DNA from: Chiloscyllium plagiosum
Taxonomy: Eukaryota
Length of the DNA stretch: 64,000 bases
Assembly: GCF_004010195.1 (NCBI RefSeq)
Contig: NC_057749.1
Location: 16,644,564-16,708,563 of the forward strand
Direction of reading: 5' to 3'
The notes under the pieces were generated by a model that had not been told where the DNA came from, did not search any database, and saw only the letters and a list, made by a program, of their open reading frames with translations. The position numbers and the translations under genes are program-made. This document shows positions 55,801 through 64,000 of this stretch, piece by piece (position 1 is the stretch's first letter; each line of letters opens with the position of its first letter).

Positions 55801-58800
55801 TATTGTAAACACATCTATATGGCTGTGCCAGTTCAGTTTCTGATTAGAATGCTGATACTTGGGATTAATTGACTTTTTAATGGCACTACCATTAAAAGGC
55901 TAATGGTTAGATTCTCTTGATGGAGGTGATGATTGCCTGGCACCTGTCAGCAAAAATCTGCCTAAGCCTGAACCTTGTCCAGGTTTTACTGCATTTTAAC
56001 ACAGACCGCTTTAGTGTTTGTGAAGGTACAACTGATGAAGGGCATTATGCAACCACCTACAAACATCCCCAACTTCTGATTTTATGATGTAAGGAAGGTA
56101 ATTGCTGAATTAGCTGAAGACAGTTAAGCTGAGAACGTTACCTTTGAGGAATTCATGTAGCAACATGCTGGGATTGAGATTATTGGCCTCAGAAATGACA
56201 CATTTTCCTTTGAGATGGATAGGATTTCAACCAGTAGGCAGTTTCTCCCAGCAATTCCAGATTTATTAAGACTCCTCAATGCCAAACTCATTCAAGTGCC
56301 GCTTTTAGGCAAGGGCAGTCACTCTCACCTTAGTCCTTTGGTCCATGTTTTAGTAAGGCTGGATTAAGATCAGGTGCTTGGTGGGCCTGGCAGAACCCAA
56401 CTTAGTGTCAATGCAATTATTCCCTTGCCACTGTTTGATTCGCTCAATGGCATGGTCGAAAGTCCCTTCCCATTGCTTGACTGACCATTAAACAGTACAC
56501 TGATGGGGAGATAATTGGTTTGATTGGATTTGTCCTGTTTACATACATAGGACATAGTTGGGCAATTTTCCACATAGCCAGGGAGATGCTGGTGTTAATG
56601 CTGTACTGAAACAACTTGGCTAGGGGCATGCCTGAAGAAGGGCTCATGCCCGAAATGTCGATTCTCCTGCTCCTTGGATGCTGCCTGACCTGCTGCGCTT
56701 TTCCAGAAACACATTTTTCAGCTCTGATCTCCAGCATCTGCAGTCCTCACTTTCTCCTAGGGGCATGACCAATTCTGAGATGCAGGTCTTCAGTCTTATT
56801 GCCCAAATAAGGCAGGGCTCAAAATCTTATTCACATACTAAATTGTTGCGAACCTTCAAAAGAAGATTCTCCATAAATCCTCAATACAGCACATCTAAGA
56901 AAAAGGTACTATACATGGCTAAACTTGCAAAGTGGTTATTTCTCTCAAAAGGGATAAAATGTTTACCTACATTCAATCTGAACATCCCAGAATAATCTTT
57001 CGAAGACGGTTATGCGGTTGAACACTATATGTTCAACACTCCCAAGATACAACTGGTTAAATGGCTGCTTTCAATGCGAGGAGAAAGTGAGGACTGCAGA
57101 TGCTGGAGATCAGAGCTGAAAATGTGTTGCTGGAAAAGTGCAGCAGGTCAGGCAGCATCCAAGGAACAGGAGAGTCGACGTTTCGGGCATAAGCCCTTCT
57201 TCAGGAATGAGGAAAGTGTGTCCAGCAGGCTAAGATAAAAGGTAGGGAGGAGGGACTTGGGGGAGGGGCGTTGGAAATGCGATAGGTGGAAGGAGGTCAA
57301 GGTGAGGGTGATAGGCCGGAGTGGGCTGGGAGTGGAGAGGCCAGGAAGAAGACTGCAGGTTAGGAAGGTGGTGCTGAGTCCGAGGGATTTGACTGAGACA
57401 AGATGGGGGGAGAGGAAATGACGAAACTGGAGAAATCTGAGTTCATCCCTTGTGGTTGGAGGGTTCCTAGGCGGAAGATGAGGCGCTCTTCCTCCAGCCG
57501 TNNNNNNNNNNNNNNNNNNNNNNNNNNNNNNNNNNNNNNNNNNNNNNNNNNNNNNNNNNNNNNNNNNNNNNNNNNNNNNNNNNNNNNNNNNNNNNNNNNN
57601 NNNNNNNNNNNNNNNNNNNNNNNNNNNNNNNNNNNNNNNNNNNNNNNNNNNNNNNNNNNNNNNNNNNNNNNNNNNNNNNNNNNNNNNNNNNNNNNNNNNN
57701 NNNNNNNNNNNNNNNNNNNNNNNNCTCCGGCCTATCACCCTCACCTTGATCTCCTTCCACCTATCGCATTTCCAACGGCCCTCCCCCAAGTCCCTCCTCC
57801 CTACCTTTTATCTTAGCCTGCTGGACACACTTTCTTCATTCCTGAAGAAGGGCTTATGCCCGAAACGTCGATTCTCCTGTTCCTTGGATGCTGCCTGACC
57901 TGCTGCGCTTTTCCAGCAACACATTTTCAGCTCTGCTTTGAATGCGAGCCAAGCAGAGAGTACTAGAATTTACAACTCTGCTCAAGCAGTTCTATACCCA
58001 AGATTTGAACTGCCAGCCTGCATTTCAAATTAAATTGTACATGAAATGGACTGATGTCAGAAAAAGCGTGTTAAGCCTGCAGATATTGCATACAAGTCCA
58101 CAAGCTTTGATCAGAAACTTAAATGCACAAGCAGAATTCAGATTCAGTGTTCACAATTAGTCCAGTACTGTTAAAAAAAACAGAAGTTGGAAGAAATGCA
58201 CTTTGAAGACTACATTATCACCTTGAAAGCTCAGTGTATAACAACTGGTGCTACTAAAATAGAAGTTCCAAGATTCTCTTCTGCTTCTCAATGGAATCTG
58301 AGGAATTAGCAAGGAGTGGAATCAGCACAGGAGTGGAATCTGAGCTTCTTGTTTGTCTGCACTCCTGCACATACAATCTTGGTCCCACCCAAAAGAAACA
58401 AACAAGCTCAGTCGGTTCAGCTCATATTAGGTAAAAACAATGACTGCAGATGCTGGAAACCAGATTCTGGATCAGTGGTGCTGGAAGAACACAGCAGTTC
58501 AGGCATCTTCCGAGGAGCAGTAAAATCGACGTTTTGGGCAAAAGCCCTTCATCAGGAGGGCTTTTGCCCGAAACGTCGATTTTACTGCTCCTCGAATGCT
58601 GCCTGAACTGCTGTGTTCTTCCAGCACCACTAATCCAGCTCATATATTCCCAAGCTGAATTTTGTTTTTCTCTATAACTGACTTCAGGTTCTGAATGACT
58701 GTTAGCAGGTCTCAGACACCAAAACCAGTCTGGCAATTAGAGCTAGTAAATCCAGTTCAAGGCACTAAAAAATTAGGCTTCTGAAACAAACAATCGGACC

Positions 58801-59388
58801 GACTAATTCAGGGATTTTAAGTACATATGCTGAGCTTATTAACTAGTCAATTTAGGGGAAGATTATTGAAGGTCTTTTGATACTTCAGATAAATTGCATA
58901 TACTGCATTATCATTGTCGACCCACTGTCATTAATTGAAAATAAAGGCCGGTAAACCAAGATATTCTCTTTTGTCATACTGACTACTTATGTTATAGCAG
59001 AACAAATGAAAAAATAACAGTTGTGTTCCTCTGCAACCTCGTGTTATGGAAAACCACTACAGAAAATCGGACCCTAGAAGATCACTAATAGAAAAATCAC
59101 TACCTGTTCAGTCGAAAGTTCACATTATCCAAACAACGTTCACAATTCATCAATCGTGCTAGTCAATTTGCGCTGACAAAAGGCGCATTATAGCAGTACG
59201 ACCTACAGCCAAAAATGGCCATTTCTACTGATTGCTGAGGTCTATTTCACTGTAGGAGAATTGCAATTCAAGCCCGATCCTGAACATACCTGAGGATCCT
59301 GTCGCAGTTTATTCTGATGATGCACATGTTGACTCAATGATCGTTTCATCACGCCCATATGCCGAAAATGATAATAATCATCAAAAAT
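19288..59388 (-). CDS. furin: Furin-type proprotein convertase (PCSK3), 14 coding exons, 5'-partial (732 aa in window)
   Basis: Exons 59388-59290, 48998-48903, 46602-46474, 45737-45661, 43552-43464, 40774-40602, 40363-40151, 39035-38935, 37437-37334, 36615-36498, 29100-28921, 27198-27074, 25698-25573 and 19856-19288 are all AG/GT bounded and sum to 2199 nt in frame. Motifs: RKKR|D, SILDDG, HGTRC, ASGNGG, GTSAS, RRGDL, TM helix, YKGI, acidic cluster, ERTAFIK..QSVL. The tail is furin-like rather than PCSK4/5/6-like. Confidence 0.93.
21495..22368 (+). mobile_element. CR1 (HER-like) LINE 3' fragment
   Basis: [16 protein letters not shown], same 3' end as 12054-12690. Confidence 0.88.
23531..23822 (+). 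mobile_element. HE1-type tRNA-derived SINE with internal deletion
   Basis: A-box TGGCACAGTGG, B-box GGTTCAATTCC, CR1-like 3' end, (aatct)n tail. Confidence 0.88.
24210..24900 (-). mobile_element. Old CR1-type remnant
   Basis: Inverted 3' end ctctgccattcaacaagatcatggctg and decayed RT motifs. Confidence 0.55.
25573..25698 (-). CDS. furin: furin exon, end of P domain and linker ([42 protein letters not shown])
   Basis: 126 nt, TTCAG acceptor, CAG|GTAAGT donor. Confidence 0.94.
25847..26508 (+). mobile_element. Possible solo LTR
   Basis: TGTTA...TAGCA termini, internal AATAAA at 26358-26363, LTR-like 3' end; no clean TSD. Confidence 0.4.
27074..27198 (-). CDS. furin: furin exon, P domain ([41 protein letters not shown])
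   Basis: 125 nt, CTGCAG acceptor, G|GTTTGT donor. Confidence 0.95.
28921..29100 (-). CDS. furin: furin exon, P domain with RRGDL ([15 protein letters not shown]...[10 protein letters not shown])
   Basis: 180 nt, TTCAG acceptor, AG|GTATGA donor. Confidence 0.96.
30180..30380. mobile_element. Old palindromic PLE-tail remnant
   Basis: gctggagaaactcag...ggcagcatc arm and inverse gatgctgcc...ctgagtttctccagc arm; related arms at ~26640-26740, ~35330-35450, ~62990-63040. Confidence 0.6.
30400..31262 (-). mobile_element. Old LINE 3' fragment (CR1/L2 group), host of the 30551-31000 insertion
   Basis: Collinear with the start of 54305-56790 (atttccaagtcagga...ggaacttgca). Confidence 0.6.
30551..31000. 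mobile_element. Mini-PLE: two tandem palindromic tail units, three hammerhead motifs
   Basis: TSD aagatttttacccag at 30536-30550 and 31001-31015; motifs 30615-30642(-), 30670-30697(+), 30828-30855(-). Confidence 0.85.
32532..33741 (+). mobile_element. Young CR1 (HER-like) LINE fragment spanning an N gap
   Basis: [40 protein letters not shown], typical 3' end. Confidence 0.9.
33963..34279 (-). mobile_element. HE1-type SINE
   Basis: Reverse complement of the 23531/47856 type with (agatt)n tail. Confidence 0.88.
35813..35896 (-). mobile_element. CR1 extreme 3' end (84 bp) between 39-bp direct repeats
   Basis: (catagaa)3 tail; identical repeats at 35774-35812 and 35897-35935. Confidence 0.88.
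36498..36615 (-). CDS. furin: furin exon ([40 protein letters not shown])
   Basis: 118 nt, TACAG acceptor, AA|GTAAGT donor. Confidence 0.96.
37334..37437 (-). CDS. furin: furin exon ([34 protein letters not shown])
   Basis: 104 nt, CCTAG acceptor, G|GTAAGC donor. Confidence 0.96.
37760..38432 (-). mobile_element. CR1 (HER-like) 3' fragment, interrupted by a mini-PLE
   Basis: Inverse of the 12054-12690 family. Confidence 0.85.
38095..38186 (-). mobile_element. 92-bp mini-PLE with intact hammerhead core (38158-38185)
   Basis: TSD aatatctaacag at 38083-38094 and 38187-38198; CUGAAGA-A-GGGC(UAAU)GCCC-GAAAC-GUC. Confidence 0.85.
38935..39035 (-). CDS. furin: furin exon with catalytic Ser ([34 protein letters not shown])
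   Basis: 101 nt, TTTAG acceptor, AA|GTATGC donor. Confidence 0.96.
40151..40363 (-). CDS. furin: furin exon with oxyanion-hole Asn ([33 protein letters not shown]...EKQI)
   Basis: 213 nt, TTGCAG acceptor, ATC|GTAAGT donor. Confidence 0.96.
40602..40774 (-). CDS. furin: furin exon ([58 protein letters not shown])
   Basis: 173 nt, TATAG acceptor, CAG|GTAAAG donor. Confidence 0.96.
41860..42760 (+). mobile_element. Old CR1-type LINE 3' fragment
   Basis: Decayed WQME, RDLGVLV and RRMR.DLIE segments; 3' end gatcagccat...gaatggtggagtaggcttgagg. Confidence 0.7.
43464..43552 (-). CDS. furin: furin exon with catalytic His ([29 protein letters not shown])
   Basis: 89 nt, GACAG acceptor, G|GTATGT donor. 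Confidence 0.96.
44972..45194. mobile_element. 223-bp palindromic mini-PLE with divergent hammerhead motifs
   Basis: TSD ctagaaagcaagtctt at 44956-44971 and 45195-45210; motifs 45028-45055(-) and 45068-45095(+). Confidence 0.88.
45661..45737 (-). CDS. furin: furin exon ([26 protein letters not shown])
   Basis: 77 nt, TTCCAG acceptor, CG|GTAGGT donor. Confidence 0.96.
46474..46602 (-). CDS. furin: furin exon with catalytic Asp ([43 protein letters not shown])
   Basis: 129 nt, TCTAG acceptor, TAT|GTAAGT donor. Confidence 0.96.
47128..47470 (-). mobile_element. CR1 (HER-like) 3' fragment
   Basis: [15 protein letters not shown]; inverted 3' end. Confidence 0.85.
47856..48188 (+). mobile_element. 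HE1-type SINE, near full length
   Basis: A/B boxes, (aatct)n tail, internal ~19-bp tandem duplication near 48094-48133. Confidence 0.9.
48903..48998 (-). CDS. furin: furin exon with primary autocleavage site ([32 protein letters not shown])
   Basis: 96 nt, AAACAG acceptor, CTG|GTAAGC donor; read manually, absent from ORF track. Confidence 0.96.
49525..49724 (-). mobile_element. Second tRNA-derived SINE family, old copy
   Basis: Minus strand begins ggttagatcagttgactaga (A-box-like) and has tgttcaagtcc (B-box-like). Confidence 0.5.
51058..51410 (+). mobile_element. CR1 (HER-like) 3' fragment
   Basis: Same 3' end as 12054-12690. Confidence 0.88.
52262..53241 (+). mobile_element. CR1 (HER-like) 3' fragment
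   Basis: [27 protein letters not shown]. Confidence 0.9.
54738..55385 (-). mobile_element. PLE family A-related 3' fragment
   Basis: [13 protein letters not shown]...[14 protein letters not shown]; mutated hammerhead at 54809-54836. Confidence 0.8.
55540..55782 (+). mobile_element. 5'-truncated HE1-type SINE
   Basis: Body and (aatct)n tail match 47856-48188. Confidence 0.88.
56631..56756 (+). mobile_element. 126-bp mini-PLE starting at the hammerhead core
   Basis: TSD ctaggggcatg at 56620-56630 and 56757-56767. Confidence 0.85.
57081..57932. mobile_element. Palindromic PLE family A insertion with central N gap
   Basis: TSD ctgcttt(c/g)aatgcgag at 57065-57080 and 57933-57948; intact cores at 57177-57204(-) and 57842-57869(+). 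Confidence 0.88.
58428..58635. mobile_element. 208-bp palindromic mini-PLE (CUGAUGA subfamily)
   Basis: TSD cagctcatat at 58418-58427 and 58636-58645; symmetry centre near 58556. Confidence 0.85.
59290..59388 (-). CDS. furin: furin exon, prodomain ([33 protein letters not shown])
   Basis: 99 nt, TTTGCAG acceptor, CAG|GTATGT donor. Confidence 0.95.
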
Positions 59389-60589
59389 CTGCAAAACAGA
59401 AACACAAGGCTTATTAGTACATACAATAACTATTAAAAATATCACGTCTATTAAGTCAAACGAAAGGAATGTTCCTGAAAAAGAAAAAGCATGTTTTATG
59501 TAATACATAAGGCACAAGACTCCTTCAGAGTCACAACAAAGATCTCAGCCTTCCTCTAACTGTAGCCTTTTGAGCAACCCCAATCCTAATTACTTCATCA
59601 ATGGCAGCTGTAGCATCAGCTGCCAAGGGTCTAATCTCTGGAATGCCCTTCCTAAACCTCAGATTCTCCCTCCTATTTTAAGTTGCTTCTTAAAACTAAC
59701 TACTAAATTTTTGGCCATCTGCCCCAGTATCTCTGAATTTGGCTCAGTATATTTTTGCCTTATAATTCTTCTGTGAAGAAACCGGAGACATTTTATTACA
59801 TTAACACTGTACATAAATGAAACTGTGCTGATAACAATTTGATTTCAGCTGAGTTAGTTGATCTTATTCAGAACAATATGGTTCTACACATGGTTGCAGT
59901 ACCATAAAGTTGAGTCTTCAAAGCAAACTTGCAATCTCACAGAATAAGAATTTAAATTTTATAATGACACATACAAACACAAGAATAAGGAACAGACCAG
60001 TTCGCCCCTCAAGCCTACTGCACTATTCAATAAGACCATTACTGATCCAATTGCAGCCGAAGTCCAAATTCCTGGATACCTCTGATATTCTAAGGCTCCC
60101 TTGTTAATCATTTGTCCTTACCTTAAAATTATTCAATGACCCATGTTCCACTTCTTTCTGGGGTAGAACATTCCACAGACTGTCAATGTCTGTTTTTAAA
60201 AAAACTCTTCTCATCTCAGTCTTACATAAGACTGCTTATTTACACTGTGTAGTTTCCAAATGCCCAATAGTAAAATTTACCAAATCACAATACACTTAAC
60301 ATGCAGGATTTTTTTCAGAATACAGTCAGTCATCTTAAACTTTATGACAGACATACAGCAAACCTTTCCCTCACTTGGTGAAGTCCACAACTATTGCGAT
60401 GGGTACATTACTCGAGCAGCCAATTTGTTGCTGCAGTAAGGGTGGCAGGTTATTTGACTATCAAGAGATTCACAGCAACCCTCATCCAATCCTTACTTTA
60501 TTCAAACCCAACTAGTACTGTTTCTCTCCACAGGTTAAAATTATAAGGATAATTATAACTACAATCCTAAATCTGCAACCCCACCAGTT

Positions 60590-61610
60590 AAGTGAGCAAA
60601 CAATTTGACAAATGGTGCTTAATGTCAGGAAGTGCTAAGTCATGCGCTTTGGTATACAGAATCAAAAGGAAGACTTAGTTAAATGGAAAGACTTCCCAAA
60701 AATATGCAAGGATCAGAATATTTTTGTGCACAAACACAAAACGTTAGCATGGAAGTAAAAGACAAATGGAATTTATTGATAAAAGGTTTGGAGTTTAAAA
60801 ATAGGGAAAAGTCTTTTTAAAACTCTACACGGTGTCAATCAGGCAGAACTTGGAGTAAAGTGTACCCATAGAGTTGTATCGTCTTCAGCCTATTGTAGTC
60901 AAAAATAACCACTTATGCATGTTTAAATATTTCTTAAATGTTGAGGATTTCTGCATCTATAACTTCATTGAGTTCCAGATTCCCAACACCCCGAAAGTTG
61001 AAAACCTTTTCCTCTCAGGTCCTCTATCTCTTCTGCCCCTTAACTTAATTTTAATCTCGGTCCTTGGTCATCAATCCTTCCGTTAAGGGGATATGTTTCT
61101 TCCCGTCTACCCTGTCTAGTGAAGAATGGATGCGCTGACATAGAGGTAGTTCAAAATAGATTCGCTAGGCTGATTCCTGGGATGCCAGGGTTGATTTATC
61201 AAATACAGTTAAACAGATTACTTGCTTTTATTTGCTAGAGTGTTGAGAAGAATGACAGGTGATCTTAATGAAGCATACATGATTCTGAAGGGGTTTGACA
61301 GGGTTCGTATTGAGATGTTTCCACGAATGGGGTTTCTCAAACTCGGAGGGAGCATAGTTACAGAACAAGGGAACGTGCATTTAAAACCAAGATGCATAGA
61401 AATTTCTTCTCTTAGCGGGTAGCAAATGTTTGGAATTCTCTATCCCAGACAGTTGTAGAAGGTGGAGCAGAGAGTATATTTAAAGAGGAGATCGCTAAGA
61501 TTTGTGAAATATCAGGGAGTCAGTAGCTATGATGAACTAACAAAAAAGGTGAGGTTTGGGGCAAAATCAGCCATGACCTTACTGAATAATGGGGTAAATT
61601 TGAGGGGCTA
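60590..61610 (+). mobile_element. Old CR1-type LINE remnants
   Basis: Decayed WC/QM-FNV.KC and RRMTGDLNEAY segments; includes an opposite-strand piece near 60870-61120. Confidence 0.6.
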
Positions 61611-64000
61611 AAGATCAGCCAAAATGATAGATTTGAAATTGAACTGGGTAAGATATATATGGATTTCAGCCAAATTAATTAGGTCCATTAAGGAGCTGAT
61701 AGATTATTTTTTCAAAATGGTGCCTTTTCCCCTCCAAGCAGAGATAAAACTAATGAGCTTGTGTAAAAACAGCTGGACATAACTGGACGGCATAAAACAG
61801 GTATGAATCAGCTTGGATCCAACAGAGCTCCTGGATAATCAAATATGTTTCTACTTGATCAGTTTATAAATGGCATAGTAAACCAGACAAGCAACAAATG
61901 CTGCTTTAAAAAATATACCCACATGCGCACAGACGTTCATTTTTTTATACACACCAAACCATTTCAACAGGTTTCCTTCGATGGTATAGTTAGTACATAT
62001 GCTGTAACAGAACCATATTAGATGGAAAGGTTTCAGGTTAAATTAAAAGTGCTTGAGTTTAAAGATACCTACTGGGGTAATATCAGCAATTGGCCCTATA
62101 TCTTTCAAGAATGGGGGAACAAAAGTGAATTTGAATTCAACCTTATGCTAATCACAACTCCCCATGCCTCACCCCCAAACAAAAAACATATTCTGCACTC
62201 AGAGCAGGATTCACATTTGTATGTTACCTATTTCTTAGTACAGTCATCTTGGTGTCTTGTCTCGTTGTCCACATTCCTGCATATTACAAGCGCTCCCAAA
62301 TACGCTGGTCACCAAATACTTTTGAGCTCTTTGCCATGTGTACAGCCAGTAAAATCTCTCTTGAAAAACTGCACTTTGTTGAATATGCAGTGTTAACAAA
62401 ACAGAATGCAACAATAAATAAATTAAGTGCCTAAATATTTAGCAGCAGGAAAGACATTCACCAACTTGCCTGATAGTCCAGCTGAAGCATTTCCCAGTGA
62501 AGAATTGCGACTGGGGTGCAAACCCAGAAGACAACCAACGTGCATTATGCTAGATCCTATCCAGTATGACCAACAGCCTCATGGAAGGCAGGCAGCATCA
62601 GGGGAAGTGTGTGAAAACCCAAAGACGATACTTGAGTAAGATTTACAATATGAATTGAATGAAATGATTCAATTAGTTTGTCAGGGGTTACCATTTACTA
62701 TATACATGGATAGTGAGCTAAAGATTCTGGTTTTATGTGGGTGTAAGTGATTCACAATGATATCAGAAACAAGGTTGTGATGGTCTGCAGCTGACTCTAA
62801 TACTTAAAATATGAAGTGACTGGACAATTACTCAGCCCTTCACTGATTCAAACTATTTTTACAGCCTGACAGCACTTTACAGTTCAGTACTTGCACTGAA
62901 GTATCTAATAAACCTCAAATTGAAAAAGTTGAATAAATAAAATTATAATATCACTTTTTCTGGGAAGGTGGCCCTGGAATAGAGTTGAGAGTGTTGTTCT
63001 GAAAAAACACAGCTGGTCAGGCAGCATCCGAGGCACTGGAATAGACCCTGACCACACTGGGAAGTGTCTGAGCCATACAGGGGGCTTTAATTTTTTATAA
63101 AGGTAAACTCTGCTGAAGGGCCAGTGTGGCACAATGATAGTGTCCCTACCCCTGGATTTGGAGACCCAGGTTCAAGTCTCAGCTGTTGCAAAAAGGTGTG
63201 AAATAACATTCCTAAACAGGCTGATTAAATTTTTAAAAACCCTTACTACACAATATTCTTAGAATTTATGAAATTTGCAACAATTAGCTTCACAGAACTT
63301 ACAAAATGACCTTGCAGTAATTCTATCTCTAGTAGCATATTTAGGGCAAAAAAGAGTTATATTCAGTTGCAAGCAAAGTATTTAATTAGCATGTGTAATT
63401 AAGGGTTTAAACTTTTTAATAGATAACATGCATGTAATGGAAATTGTGGAGTGATGAGCAAGGATTCAATCTGAGCAATAATATAGAGCTGTCAATGTCA
63501 GTGTTAGATCAAATATATAGAGTTGTACCTGCTTTATTCTCCTTTAAAGACAGAAATCACGTCACAATTTGCACAATTGCAGGTGAAAATGTTCCCCCCA
63601 CCCTTACTATATCCAGAGTAATTCTCAATCTCCCGATTCTAGGATCTGAATATTTGTAAAACATTGTAGGTTTCTTGACTCCTACTCTCTCCCTGAAAGC
63701 CCCTTCCATAAACATGGCTGTCTGACAGCAGACTGAAAAAAAGTTTCATTATTCTGAATATCCAATCCCTAATCTACTAAGTTTCTTTAAAATATCCAGA
63801 CATATGCTCAAATATCTATATCATCCTTTTAAAGATGAAATCCTCAAATTACTTCTGTATTTTCTCATATCTCAGACCAAACATTCAGAAGGAAAGCAGC
63901 CTCAAGGCTCTTCCCGGTCTTCAACACTTGTACATCTTCTGTTCCTCAACCAAAGTTACACAGCACTTGTGGTATAGTCAGCAGAACACAACACATTTTA

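Larger units (their letters stand above)
54305..56790 (-). mobile_element. Old LINE (CR1/L2 group) carrying PLE, HE1 and mini-PLE insertions
   Basis: [31 protein letters not shown] remnants on the minus strand. Confidence 0.65.

Noticed and set aside
58990..59210. Possible Tc1/mariner-type MITE remnant
   Set aside because: Only one plausible terminus; no matching inverted end or TA duplication could be established.
59389..64000. First coding exon (signal peptide, TNTWAV-type prodomain start) or promoter of furin
   Set aside because: No matching frame or CpG-rich promoter seen; probably beyond the window.

Overview
Vertebrate genomic DNA, almost certainly an elasmobranch (shark): it carries HE1-type SINEs, HER/CR1 LINEs and abundant Penelope-like elements (PLEs). 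The window holds most of one furin-type proprotein convertase gene on the minus strand. Fourteen GT-AG coding exons run from 59388 down to the stop at 19288 and splice in frame into 732 aa: part of the prodomain, a subtilisin-like catalytic domain with intact D/H/S triad and oxyanion N, P domain with RRGDL, Cys-rich region, transmembrane helix and sorting tail. The first coding exon was not found and probably lies beyond 64000. A ~6 kb, nearly repeat-free 3' UTR probably ends near 13,220. Positions 1-12,900 are a nested retrotransposon pile (CR1, two PLE families, RTE, Rex1/Babar, HE1) with readable target-site duplications (TSDs). The most unusual signal is about 17 minimal type I hammerhead-ribozyme motifs carried by the two PLE families. 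Several sit in tiny (90-450 bp), TSD-flanked, often palindromic insertions in furin introns, and their truncation or inversion points cluster at the 5' edge of the ribozyme core. Other leads are a candidate poison exon in furin, a 3'-terminal UTR block resembling human FURIN, and a changed internal prodomain cleavage site. Repeat boundaries without a TSD are approximate; three N gaps limit what can be read.
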